From contig OY740821.1 in assembly GCA_963514005.1 (NCBI GenBank), forward strand, positions 12,834,001 through 12,898,000: DNA of 64,000 bases. Reading direction: 5' to 3'. The number at the start of each line of letters is the position of its first letter. The first letter of the stretch is position 1. The stretch is from Raja brachyura (lineage: Eukaryota). A model generated the notes under the pieces. The model was not told the origin of the DNA, made no database searches, and saw nothing but the letters and a program-made list of their open reading frames with translations. Shown in pieces: positions 1-12,720 of the stretch. The position numbers and the translations under genes were made by a program.

Positions 1-35
1 CCATGCACTGTGGTATTGAGCCAAAGGAGACTTAC

Positions 36-228
36 CGATGTCCAAGTAACTAACATCGAACCGCTGCTCTTCTGCCAACTCCCTCAGCATCTGGCAAAAG
101 TTGGAGTTGACCACACCGAGTGGATGGCTCTTGAGGTGCATAATCCTTTCTCCAACAGAATTCCGGAGCGAATCCCATGTGCAACCTGTGTTCTTGCCTC
201 TTGGACAATCCAGTTTGCTGTTAAGCAT
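36..228 (-). CDS. TARBP2: TARBP2 coding exon (start of dsRBD3); last exon lies beyond the window start
   Basis: AG acceptor at 230-229 and GTAAGT donor after 36. 193 nt, phase 0 to 1. Translates MLNSKLDCPRGKNTGCTWDSLRNSVGERIMHLKSHPLGVVNSNFCQMLRELAEEQRFDVSYLDI, matching TRBP 'GCTWDSLRNSVGEKIL...LSEEQAFHVSYLDI'. Confidence 0.93.
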
Positions 229-406
229 CTAGATGTAGGGAGGTGGAGCAAGAAGGATAGCAAGGTGGAGAGCGATAACAAGAAAAAGCCAAATGAGTGA
301 AGGCGAGCACAACTGGTGGTAGCTATTCTTGCGTTATTTTTACACATCTATAACCATACTGATGTGCACAAACTGCAATATTGAGTGGTCAGGCTGAATG
401 GGCTGT

Positions 407-618
407 TTAGTTTAGATACAGCATAGAGACAGGCCCTTCGGCCCACTGACTATCGATCACCTGTTCACACTAGTTCTATGTTATCCCACCTTCTCATCCA
501 CTCCCTACACACCAATTAACCTACAAACCCACATGTATTTGGGATATTGGAGGAAACCAGAGCACCCGAAGGAAACCCACGTGGTCATAGGGAGAACATG
601 CAAACTCCACACACAGCA
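407..618 (-). mobile_element. HE1-like V-SINE (5'-truncated)
   Basis: TTTAGATACAGCATAGAGACAGGCCCTTCGGCCCAC...GGAGGAAACCAGAGCACCCG...CAAACTCCACACA. Confidence 0.75.
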
Positions 619-1649
619 TCTGTTCGACACAAGTTGGGAAAGCTAACTCTAGCCTCTTCAATTTTCCCTTTGCCTTGCTATAGAACCATACAAGACAGAA
701 ACAGGCCTTTCAGCCCATTAAGTCCGTGCTGACCCTTCAACTGACCATGTTTATTCTCCCCACAGTCCCATGGACTACACCAGATTCTACCCCTCACCTA
801 CATCTCCAGGAGTAATTCATAGTGGCCGATTAACCTACCAGCCCACAGAATAGGAACCCATTTGACATTTAGCTGAAGATTACTCAATTTGAAACCCAGG
901 ATGATTAATGCACTTAAAGCAAATTCCAACATCATTACGACAGCTGAGATTATTGAAATAGGTGAAACTCATTACAAAGCATGTGGGAGGTTGCGGAAAC
1001 CCAACAGGTCTGAAGAAGAGTCCCAACTTGAAACATCCCCTATTGAGTCTGAATAAGGGCCCCGACCCAAAATGTCGTCTATCCATGTTCTCCAGAGATG
1101 CTGTCTGACCTGCTGTTATTTCAGTACTTTGTGACTTTTTTTTGGGTAAACCAGCATCTGCAGTTCCTTGCGTCTACAGGTTGAATTAATGTTCTTCAAG
1201 GAGGGAATCCTGCCTGACTGGAATGTCAGGCTGTTATTTTAACCCTGTGACACACCGTGTGAGTTATACCAAACTGGATTTGAAGTGTCCCAGTAAGTTA
1301 TTTGTTTTCATCAAATTGAGGCAGTTGAAGACGGGTATGGTCAATACTCTCTGAGATTAGCCAAGTAAAGATAATTGTAAACTATTCCCAAAATCGGCAA
1401 CAGACCGTGAACTGCCCACCACAGAATACCCACTTCCAAATCTCATCGAGCTCTTTCAATGGGCACGGTATGAAGATTTTCCCCCCAACCACCTCGTTAC
1501 CAATCGGCCTTCAACGTCACTTCCTCAATAGAATCAATCTCCAATCTTGGCTCTGTCCCCATAGTTTGTCCTTTTACAAAGAAGGTGGTAGTGGAGTCAC
1601 ATCACCACCATCCTATCTGGTGCTCTATCAGCAACATTAATACACTTAC

Positions 1650-1777
1650 TATGGAAAACTGGTCATCTTCCAACTCCACTTCATTCCCATCCCTCTGATC
1701 CACTGGAACGTCATGAATCCTTGCTAACATCTTGGCAGCAGCATTGCGTTTTGCCAGCTTTTTTGAGGTCCCACTTC
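1650..1777 (-). CDS. TARBP2: TARBP2 coding exon (end of dsRBD2)
   Basis: 128 nt with TTGTAG acceptor and GTAAGT donor. Encodes GSGTSKKLAKRNAAAKMLARIHDVPVDQRDGNEVELEDDQFSI. Confidence 0.95.
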
Positions 1778-2525
1778 CTACAAAGGAGATGACAGAGCAA
1801 ATATAGGATTTATTACACACAGCCCATTTTTTTTTACATTGCTTTCTCAACTATGGATAAGTGATACCATACTTGTTCTTGAACACCCCAATGGGCAAAA
1901 TGATCACAGCCTCACAGCAAGTGTTATGCATCAATTACTCGGAATAATAGCTGAAAATGTTTCCTCAAGCGGAATGATAGGAGACGTGCATGCCAACACC
2001 AACCCCCACCCGTTTCTTCTCAATGGCAACCAGAATGCTGGGCACAAATTGAATATTTCGAAGGTTGCCTTGTATTTTGCTGGAAAGGAGCATGCGCATT
2101 CTCCCTGTGACTGCGTGGGTTTACTCCCAGTGTTCCGGTTTTCTCCCACATCCCAAAGATGTGTGGGTTAATCGGCCCTCTGTGAATTGAGTAGAACTCA
2201 CCCATGTGATCCAAAGCAGAACCCCATCCCTGCCTGCCTTGCACATGTTTTGGCAAGTAATAGAGGTAACCAACGTCAGAACTTCATCACACTGGAGTAC
2301 ATTTCTGGCCTTCAATGGATATTTACAATTACTACAGAACAAGTGGGCCGACTCCGGTTCCTATGTCAGTGTGACATTGCAAGTGACGCACACACCTGTC
2401 CTACAGCAAACTCAAACGGGAATTTGACACCAGTTTGGTTTGTGTGCCATCTTGGACAGAACAATGAACAGAGGCAGCAGAGAGCCGTCACTCCATAGAG
2501 ACAAGCACAACACTGGAATACTTGC

Positions 2526-2643
2526 CTATCTCCAAGAATCTCTCTACTCTGCAGGTCATGGTGAACTCTTTCCTGTGGGCAGGACCCGATTCCTGAGTCA
2601 CTGTATATTCTGGGAGTCTCCATCCTTTCTGAACCACTAGCTC
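2526..2643 (-). CDS. TARBP2: TARBP2 coding exon (dsRBD2), GC splice donor
   Basis: 118 nt with TTTCCAG acceptor. Encodes ELVVQKGWRLPEYTVTQESGPAHRKEFTMTCRVERFLEI(G). Donor is AG|GCAAGT. Confidence 0.95.
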
Positions 2644-3943
2644 CTGGAAAGAAAGAGCACACACTAAACGGAAGATTACTGAAAGCATTTGTCCAAAGAC
2701 ATTAACCCGCAATTATCAGGATATAAATCGGCCTTCTCCCAATCATAAACCTCCCAAAACTCCACGCCACCTCCTTGCCAATGAAACTCAGTGCTTCCAT
2801 GAGAATTTTCACAAAACCCATTGCACAACTTTGCTCTAAAGTATTGCCTCGTTGATCGAGAAAAATCATATTGGGGATAAATGCAGTTTTAAAACCGGCT
2901 TTATCTTACCCATGCCAGTAGCCCGTGAACATGAATATACAGACAAAAAAAAGGATGAAAATCCCTTGTGTCAAATAACCGGAATCTTACAATTCCCCAT
3001 ATCCCAAACCAGTGCCTAACACATCCAAGACACTACAGAGTCTGATCTCTATATTACAAAAAAGGTACAGAGGAACTGGTGAGGAAGCAAGCAAGATTTG
3101 TTGGAATGGCACCAGCTCGAAATGTATAAATTTCAGAAAAAAATTCAACAGGCTGGGGCTTTTTCTCCGAAACAAGGGCAAGGAGCTGTCCAAATGAGAT
3201 TGGAAATTATGAAGAGCTCTGATAGAGCAGGAGGGATAAAAACATAGTCAAAGCTACGGCCCAGAAATGTAAGAAGGTCTCTAATAAACCCTTCAGGCAA
3301 TTTGGCAGAAGCTTCACTCCTTGGAGTGGTCACAAAGTGGAAACTGTCACCGGAAAGCATGGTTAAAAAGAAACGGCACAGCTGGATCAGGTGGATAGCT
3401 GGATAAACACAAAGGGAAAAAAAAAATGGGATAAGGTGACGGATAAAGCAAAGTGAGGAGAGACATGCGTGCGGCCCAAACGCTGATTCAGACCTGTTAG
3501 GTTGATTTTTCTGTTTCAATGAAGTCTATGTAAAGCTACAGAGCTTAAAAATTCCAAAGGGAGATCACATGCAAACAGGAGGAACAGCACCTAATATTTT
3601 GCTTGCATAGCTTACATCTATTTTTTTTTCCACCTATATCCATCCCACTGGCTTTAAATTTCACACCTCTTCTCTCTTCATCCAACACCCCTTTGTCTCC
3701 TTTTCATCTCTATAATTTGTTCACCCATCTGCCCATCAAACCCCCCACTCACCAATCCACTTCATTTGCCAGGCTTTGTCCTCCCCCCCTCCCACTACAA
3801 TCGGCCGGAGGATGGGTCCCAACCCGAAGCGTCGCCTATCCATGTTCTCCGGAGATGCTGCCTGACCCGCCGAGTTACTCCAGTACTTTGTGTTGAACTT
3901 GAAAATATAATGTATTCTCGGATTCGGGGAAAGAAATAAATAC

Positions 3944-4016
3944 CTGTAGGGCTCCCACGGGGTTGCATTCTGCCAACTGCGCGGAGCTGGAGCTTTTAGA
4001 TTCATTTCCAGAGATT
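3944..4016 (-). CDS. TARBP2: TARBP2 coding exon (linker / start of dsRBD2)
   Basis: 73 nt, phase 2 to 0, TTCTCTTCCAG acceptor, GTATTT donor. Encodes ISGNESKSSSSAQLAECNPVGALQ. Confidence 0.92.
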
Positions 4017-7000
4017 CTGGAAGAGAAAAAAAACAAAATAGTAGAACAATGAGAAGTATCAATTTGTAAATATTCTTAGAAACAAGGCACTGCAGATGCT
4101 GGTTTACACAAAAGTGCTGGAGTAACTCAGTGGATCGGGCAGCATCGTTTGGAGAATGTGGATAGGTGACGTTTCAGGTCGGGACCCTACAATTGGTCTG
4201 CAGAAGGGCCCCGACCTGAAATGTCACTTATCCATATTCTCCAAAGATTTTTCAGCCTGACCCGCTAAGTTACTCCAACACTTTGTGTAAATACTGTTCA
4301 TTTGTTCTGAACATGACTCTTCACAGTCACTCCTCCCCCAAGTGAGTGGAAGGAACACAGCAAAGCCACGCACTCTTGGGCCTCTGTGCAAGCCCATTGC
4401 TCACTGATTCATTGGTACCAGGTTTCGAGGAGTGATGCCACAGTGATCTCTGCAAATGACCTTGTGAAACTCTTTGGGCTAATGGGAACAGAAGGTCAAT
4501 GTACTTTTCAGTCATGCACCGAGTGCCCCACAGTGGCACTGCTTGGGATTTGGTGGCGATAGATGATACAAGACAATTCATTGAATAGTGACTTACAAGA
4601 TCCAGAAACTAAAAAAAAGCTTGCCAAAGCTCATAGTTCATGGACTATTGCATAGCAGGATACTAGAAAATATTTAAGGACTTAACACAGTGAGGATTTT
4701 CTTTCATACCTAGCCTCTATAGTGACTTGTCTTCAGTTGACAAGTCAGTCTTCAACGAATTACAGCCTAACAACTTTGAGATTATGGTAGTGGACCAGGA
4801 ATACAGGATGTTTCAAGTTCAAGTAGCAAGTTGTGAAATTGAATTCAATAAATCCAGCAATTTGTGCACTTGAATCGTACGACAAAATGGCGGAGCACCA
4901 AGGCAAATTCCTTGTATGTGAATACTTGGCCAATAAACTTACTTACTTAAAAAATACCACAAAATGATTCAGATTTGTTGGATCTGACCCGGCCTCAGCC
5001 TGGATCTGTACCCGCGATAATCCAATGCTATATCATTGATTCTTAGTGTCCTCAAATCAACAAGTATAATTTTGCCAACGTTTACTGCATTCCATGAATA
5101 TTTTGATTTGCAAGGAAGACCCGCCCTTGGTTTTGTGAGCACAAGTGCTTTAACGTAGACAAGGTTAGAACCACTCCACATTTACATTGCATATACAAAT
5201 TCATCATGGGCAACTGGTACGCTGTTTTAGAGTAAGAATTATACAGTACGGAAACTGGCTCTCCAGCCTGTCTTGTCCACGCTGACCAAGACCCATCTTG
5301 TCCATGCCGACCAAAATGGCCCATCTTAACTAGTTCCATTTGCCCGCGTTTGGCCCATATCCTTCTAAACCTTTTCTATCCATGTACCCGTCGAAGTGCC
5401 CTTTAAATGTTATTGTACCTGCCTCAATTACATCCTCTGACAACTCGTTCCATATACCCACCACCCTCCTCCTTTCCAGCCAAGAGTAGTTCCACTCTTC
5501 TGCCCCCGAACGAGCAGATTGAGCACCTGGACACATTCTACTAAAGGTATGGTATGGAGTAACTCGGCATCATTGAATATTTTCGAGTTAAACGGAAAGG
5601 GGTTATTTTCAAAATTTAAAACTACATTTTCACACCACCTTATCACGTCACGTCCGTTGGAAACATTTCTGAAGCACTTCACATAATGGAGTTTAGCGAC
5701 TGTTGTGCAGGCAAGCGCAGCAGCTACTTTGCGCACTGCAAAATCCAATATGTCATTGGCTTATTATTGTCACATATACTGAGATATAGTGAAAAACTAT
5801 TTTGCGTGCTATCCGGAAAAATCATACCGTACATGAGTACATCAGGTAAGGAAAAGGAGAAAATAAACACCTCGCAGAATAGTTTTTACAGCTGCAGAGA
5901 AAGTGCAATTTTTTTTTAAATGGCCACAACAAGATGGATTGGAACATCGGAAATTAATCTCTAGCATATGATAGGCCCGCACAAGAGTCTGATAACAGCA
6001 GGGAAGAAACTGTTCTCAAATCTGGTGGCACGTGCTTTCAAGCTTTTGTACCTTCTGCCTAATAGGAGAGTGGAGAAGAGGAAATGACCGGGGTTCGAGT
6101 GGTCCCTGATTATGTTAGCTGCTTCCACGACGTAGTGCGAAATATTAAAGGAAGTCGATGGATGGTGTGGGGGTGGGCGTGGAGCTGGTTTGTGCGCAAA
6201 CTGATTTGTGAATGGCAATGAAACAAACATCTTCGGATGGTGCTGGCCTGGACACCACAGAAACTCTCTACATGCATTTGAATAGCATTGAGGGACGTTT
6301 ATAATCCCTATCTACATTACATTTTAAAAGGGCAATTCCAAGCATCTCATGAATAGCAATCACAATCCCGAGTTGCCCACTAGGGGTATCATACAGCAGA
6401 GAAACAGGCCCTTCAGCCCAACCTGCCCATGCTGGCCAAGATACTCTATCTACACTAGTCCCACCTGCCCGAGTTTGGCCCATATCTATCTAAACCTTTC
6501 CTATCCGCGTACCTGTCTAAATGGCTTTCAAATGTTGTTATAGTACCCGTCTCAACTACCTCTTCGGCAGCTCGTTCCTTACACCCATCACCTTCTGCTT
6601 TACTCAACAGTCAGATCATCTAGACTGGTATCTTTAAGAGTACTCTGGCTTACTGCATTCTATTCCTACCTATAGCTAACACCACAATGAGTGTATTAAG
6701 GCAACAAAATATTGTACTGATTAGTAAAATATTCATTTTCAATCAATAGATTCTTGACTAAAAAGAGTTGGGTCAATCAAAATTGCTCCAAGGGAAGACT
6801 GTGAGTAAGTGGCCTTGGAGAACTGAAGTGGTTACTATGTTTAACTACAAGTAGCAAAGAATTTTATGTCAAATTTATCTTGTCATTCCTGAGACATCCC
6901 CACTGAAATGTTTGCATTCGTGAAACAAGATGAAATAGAAAAACAGTGGAGAGACTGTCACCAAGTTTTGGACAGTCAGAATGTCCAACGTATTTCCATT

Positions 7001-7903
7001 AAAACATGTGGCTTTCCCAGGTGTATTCCAGTAAAGTCCAACTATGAATAAAATTGATTGACACAATACGTGAAATGACATTTGATATTTTTCATATGGA
7101 GTGAAGGCGGCACAAAGTCCCAGATCCAATCTCGCGCCTGCACTTGGAAGAAAAGGAATTTGCATTCACATTGCGCCATTATCATAACTTTCAAAAAATG
7201 TTCCATAATGTTCACAGACAATAATTTGCTTCGAAATGCAGTGACTTATGTAGGCAAATGCAGCAGCCATTTTGCGCATAGCAGCGTCCTGCAACTGGCA
7301 ATGAGAGGTGTGACCAGTCAATCAAACTTTGGGGGCACTAATCCAGAGAGACATTTAGGCCGTAGAACACGGATGCGCTTTTTTTGGGGGGAAAAAGTAC
7401 ACGTGCCAACCAATTTTTCACATCCACCTCAACCATTGGAACACAGTGGATCTCGATTCACCGTTTAATCAGAGCAGCACCTCTGAATGCAGAAATCCTT
7501 CAGATCGGCACAGAATTTTAACTGGGACAGCAAAGAAGGGAAAAACAATAGAATGGACAGAGGTTGTGAGGAGGGGTGACAAGCGTTACAAGATTTCTGC
7601 TCATGATCACCAGCCAGTGTCCTCTGGTGAAAGTGCAGATGTGAACAATGGGGGTGCACGGTAATTAACATCACTGTGTACAGCTGCAAAATCCAACATG
7701 GTTACAGCAGATCAATGTTTGCTGCCAAGGATCGCCTCCAGAAATGACAGGGCGATCACCAGGCAACTTTGGAATGGTTTCCCTGCATATGTCACTGCCT
7801 TTAGGAGAGATGGGCGTGAGAGAGGGGCAGTTAAAGGTTTGAACGTCACCGTCACACGATGGAATAGAAAGCTCTTTCCAGGTGCAGTTAGCTATTCACG
7901 TAC

Positions 7904-8006
7904 TTGACTCCATCCAACATAGGCTCCAACATGTTTCCTCCCTTTAGTAATTTCAGGGCAGCTTCTGCTGCCTTGTGCTTTGCTGCCTTTTTGCTAGGCC
8001 CCTGAC
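7904..8006 (-). CDS. TARBP2: TARBP2 coding exon (end of dsRBD1)
   Basis: 103 nt, CCCTCAG acceptor, GTACGT donor. Encodes GQGPSKKAAKHKAAEAALKLLKGGNMLEPMLDGV. Confidence 0.92.
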
Positions 8007-10607
8007 CTGAGGGGGGGGAAAAACATCAATTAAAACACAAAGTACGATTTAAATAAAAGTCACAAAACAGGTGCATGACACAGTACAACCAGTTTCATCA
8101 GCCACTTCAGCCTTGAAACCCCAGGGATGAACTGATTACACTGTTAAGACAAATTTAAATAACTTGTCTCAAAGGAGAAAGGTTTGAATCCCTTTTTAAA
8201 AGAGGAATGTTTGCCAGATGAGCCAAGTGTGCCTTTGTTGCCATCACACGCAATTGGGTGAGAATTGTACCATTAAACTCCACCGGTACAAAAGTATAAG
8301 TATACAATATAGGCCAATATCTCAGTTCAGCAGATAGGGATCACTGCATTAAAGAGCAAAGCTCCACTTTTATTTGGTAAAAATCTCCTGGTACTGGAAG
8401 AAAATCTGACGACCTGATCAAAATGTTCTCCAACCAACAACCCACACACATCCCCCCCCTTATCCTCTCTGTTATCAGGCTTCTGAACAGACCTTCCTTA
8501 AGCTAGGGTACTGTTCGATTCACCTCGGCCCCATTGCGGACATTGGACTTTGTCTCTGGAACTGAAGCTAAAATGCTGAGAACTATACTGTGCACTCTGT
8601 ATCTTTCCCTTTGCTCTACCTGTTGTACTTGAGTTTGACTTGATTTTTTTTAGGTATCGGAAAACAAACCTCTTCGGTACATGTGACAATAATAAAGTTG
8701 TACCTAAACCAAAAGCTCAATGCTGTCTGTGGATTATTAACACACATAAAAAGGCACTGTGACTATTTATTGCATAAAATAGTCACAGCATTTCAAAGGC
8801 ATCCACACAAAATGATTTACTTTTGGTTTGCAGCTCTTAAATGGTTTGTGCATGGGAAAACAGGTCATATCTGGCACACCATCTCCACCTACAATAAACA
8901 ACTGATTCCACGTGCTGTCATATCATTTACAAAAGGGACATCAGTCTGCGGTTAAGAAAAGGTCGAATTCCCCTCGAGTTAAAAGTTTTTATTAAAGTTG
9001 ATCCAACTAATTAAGGAACAGTCTTACCCAAAGAATGATGAGAAAGTGGTCCCGCATTAAATAGTTTTCGGCAGTTACATGTGCATATTTTCTTATATAA
9101 GTATTCTTTCAGGGTCAGTTACATAAGTAAATGTAGGAGGAAGAATAAATTAAAGACACTAAATGCTGGAATAAATCAGTGGGTCAAACAGCATCCCTGG
9201 AAAACATGGATAGGTGACATTTCGGGTCGGTGGGTATGGACATGGATATGTGATCCGAAACATCACATGCACATTCTCCAGGGATGATGCCTGATCAGAA
9301 TTTTGTGTCGTTCCTTGGTAACCAGCATCTGCAGTTCCTCGATTCTACGGGACGGATAAATGCTAATAGGACAAGATGAAGCAGAACCATGTGGAGAACA
9401 AACTCTGGCGTGGAGCAGATGGATCGGATGGCCTGTTTCTGTTCTCCAACTTTGATATAAAGATTTTGGTTCCAGATTGTCAGAACACATCCTGCTGGAG
9501 ACCTCTTATTACAAATTTCCTTTCTGGAAAGTGAACAACTTGAACAGCGCTTCACAAAAGTCTGCTTTGGATTGGCAGCCATTACACTGACCAACACGGG
9601 CATTTTTTCCCAGTCATCAACAATGATGTCAGCAATAATCCCATCAGAACATTTTGTCCTTGCCATCTCAGAACAGATACAAACATCGCTGTTCTTCTTG
9701 CCATGAGACTTAAATCAGGTTGCTTACTCAGCCAGATTAAATTCAACATAATAACCTTAATGGCTCCACACGCGGAGCAGCACTGTACATCGAGCTGAAA
9801 AACAATGTTAACCTTGAAGATAAATAAAAGCAAAATGGTGGAAACAGGCAGCAAACATCTGTGGAATGAGAAACAAAAGGTTTTTTTTAGGCTGACAAAC
9901 TGTTACCAGAAACAGGAAGAGATAGAAGTGCTTTAAGTTGCTGAGAAAGAGGAATGGTGGAGAAAACAGGTGGACATATCGGTGAGAGTTGTTGTCCTTT
10001 ACGTTTTTTTATTAAAGCAGGTAACATCATTTCTTCACATATATAAGGTGTCATACTGCACAGACAGTGTGGAAATATAAAGGAACATGGGAAAGGAAAT
10101 TGGTTTCGAAAATTGCCACCAACAAATAAACGAGGAATACCCAAGCATAAGTACGGATGCAATGCCTTAACAGCATTTGACCCTGTTCCCCACTCTGGTT
10201 ACAGGGAATATGAGCAATGAATAAAATCATTGAAAGAAACATTTGCACGGTGGCAGAGCTTGAGACTAGCAGAAATTTCAGAACGCATTGTTCTGCTGAA
10301 ATACTTTCCACCACGTCTAATTTCCATTTCCATGGAAAAAAAACGTAAAATACCACCAAAACATGGAGATGTCTGGCACAGTAATAATCAATGAAATCAA
10401 ACCAGCACCACCAGTGCCAATTACCAGATGTTTATACAAACTGAGACCTTTTTTCTTTAACACTGGAACCCCTTCGCAACCAATTCGAACAAAAACAAAT
10501 GTTGAACGTTGAAAAAATGCATTGCTACTTTCAAAGCGTACAAGTCGATTCTCCACAGAAACCATCACAAACTCCCTCACCCTCCTTGAATAACTTGAGA
10601 CACAAAC

Positions 10608-10777
10608 CTGTGCAGTTAATATCTCCGACTGTCACTCGGAAAGTGAAATTGGGTTGGTGGGCCTGGCCCTCAGCTTTCAGCAGGTCATACACCGGTGTCT
10701 TTCCAATCCTTGTTCCATACTCTTGTAGTAAACTAATTGGTGTCTTCCCAGGATTTGAGGCCAGCATTTGCTCAATA
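10608..10777 (-). CDS. TARBP2: TARBP2 coding exon 2 (dsRBD1)
   Basis: 170 nt. Encodes SIEQMLASNPGKTPISLLQEYGTRIGKTPVYDLLKAEGQAHQPNFTFRVTVGDINCT(G), nearly identical to TRBP. Canonical AG/GT. Confidence 0.97.
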
Positions 10778-10920
10778 CTGCATAATAAAAAGATAAAACA
10801 GGTAAGTTTGTAGGACTTGGACAGAGGAGTCGGAGCAGTGGTTTTCAAGGATAAAGAGATCAAAGACTATTGTAGACATAAGGAACTGCAGATGTTGATT
10901 TCAAATGTTTTCAAATAAAA

Positions 10921-11084
10921 AGACACAAAGTGCTGGAGTAACTCAGCAGGTCAGGCAGCATCTCTGGAGAACATGGAGAGGTGATGTTTCGGGTCGGGGC
11001 CCTTCTTCAGACCCGAAATGTCACCAATCCATTTTCTCCTGAGATGCTGTCCGACCTGCTGAGTTACTCCAGCACTTTGTGTCT
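10921..11084. repeat. Fold-back palindrome of two inverted Penelope-derived repeats
   Basis: Arm 10921-10995 is largely the reverse complement of arm 11010-11084. Confidence 0.85.
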
Positions 11085-12289
11085 TTTATTTTCCAAAGAC
11101 TGCTGTGGTTTAAAAAAGAAAAGAAAATGGCATGGTGATGGCAACAGATTTTGCGGGGGGGGGGGGGGGGGGGGGGAGTAGGACGTGTTCATGTAAAAAT
11201 GTTAATGTCTCGCATAGAGGCGGGGGGGGGGGGGGGGGGGGGAAGATGTCTGATCACTAGATTAGTGGTGCTTTCCACTACTTGCGAGTGAGTCACCCAA
11301 AATCTTTCCACCATCTATGCAGCGCAAGATGATGTATGATGAGATACTTTATACTTGACTAGATGAGTATACTTTCCGCTCAACAGCATCCAGTACAAAG
11401 TCGCTTGGTTGACTATCACCCATAAGGTTTACCTGCACCCTGTCACTACACGCACCCATACCAACTTGGGAAAATTGGCACCAGTGTTGCATGATGACCC
11501 AGTAGCTGCAATACGCACCACTCACAAAATGCACTGCAGTTACTTGCCTTGGCTAATGCGACAGCACCTCCTCACCTATGACTGCTACCACTAAGAAGAA
11601 CAAAAGGCAATAGGTCCAGGAGAACTCCACCAACAGCAGGATCTTCTTCAAGTCGCACACCTGCACCTCCCTCCCCGACAACATTGGAGCACTTTCACCA
11701 GAAGGCCTTCAAAATATAGCCATTACCTACTGACGGGCAATTGAGGACGGACAATAAAATACTAACCTTGCCAATAATGACCACCTTCAGGAAAGTTAAT
11801 AAATAGAGATGTGCATTTTGTGGATAAAATGATCTTGGCGAGACCATGATGGGATTTAGGGAAAGTGGGTAGAATAGTTTAATAAAAGGGTGAAAGGGTA
11901 TAAGAACGAACTTTAGATAGGGGTGGGGTAAAGATCTCTTGTAAATTTAAACTGGCTGAGGAGAAATTGGGGTACGTCGTATGAATTTTAAGCATCTGTA
12001 GTGTTTCAATTTACTTTTGAAGTAAGAGTTGACCAGTTGGCCTCAATTGTTGTGACAATTAAAATGTTCGCAAAAGTCTTTGCTTGTGTCGTTAGGGTGG
12101 TCGGTGGAAGAGACAATGTCGAGGAGCTGTTAGACCAAGGGCTTCGTCTGCTACTTCGGGTGAATGTAAAATATCTCATGAGGCAATTTAGAAGAAAATA
12201 GTTCTCGTTGTTGCCGTGGAGGGCAACAACGAGGGCTATACTTCAACTAAAATCACAAAAGCTTATTGTCACGCTGATGCTTGGGGAAG

Positions 12290-12720
12290 CTTGCTGCACG
12301 CACGTTTGCGATCGTGCTTCCTACAACACGACAGGGGCGATGAAGAGAGTAAAAGTCTCCTTTAATGTGGCCAGGTTGTACCCGGCGGCAACGAACAAAG
12401 AGCTTCCCGTAAAGGGCCCGGTTGGACGAGCTGCTCCTCCGTACCTGGGACAGCTGGAATTCTTCTTCGCTGCAGCAGCGGCCCGATCCTCCGTCATCCC
12501 AGACAACGCTGGCGGTGATCGTGGCTCAGACAACGGCAGCGGCAGCGACTCCGGCTCCTCCACGGTCCCGCATAAGCGCTGGCGCGGATGCCACTACGCA
12601 GGCGCGCCGCCGCCGGCCCGCCACCATCGCTTCCGGTTGGGGGGTCAGGCGGCGGCGACGAAAAGGGCGCGAAGGGCGCGAGGACGGAGAGCCAGCGACG
12701 ACTGCCGTGTGACGAGGGAT
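12290..12720. promoter_or_regulatory. CpG-island promoter of TARBP2 with ETS-type (CTTCCGG ~12630-12636), NRF1-like (~12596-12606) and GC-box motifs
   Basis: Abrupt CpG/GC enrichment relative to the AT-rich flanks, surrounding the TARBP2 start codon. Motifs were read by eye. Confidence 0.7.
12445..12497 (-). CDS. TARBP2: TARBP2 first coding exon
   Basis: ATG at 12497 inside a CpG island. Encodes MTEDRAAAAAKKNSSCP + AG, then donor CAG|GTACGG. Phase 2 joins the T of exon 2 to give Ser, as in 'LPSIEQML'. Confidence 0.8.

Noticed and set aside
7461-7521. Exon-like segment with good polypyrimidine tract in a TARBP2 intron
   Set aside because: Immediate in-frame TAA when entered in phase 2; no homology to the TRBP linker.
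36-12497. Assignment of the dsRBD gene to PRKRA (PACT)
   Set aside because: Residues GKTPISLLQEYGTRIGKTP, ELVVQKGWRLPEYTVTQESG and GCTWDSLRNSVGE are TRBP-type.
12498-12563. In-frame upstream GTG giving a 22-aa N-terminal extension of TARBP2
   Set aside because: Non-ATG start with no homology support; ATG 12497 gives an N-terminus of about the expected length.
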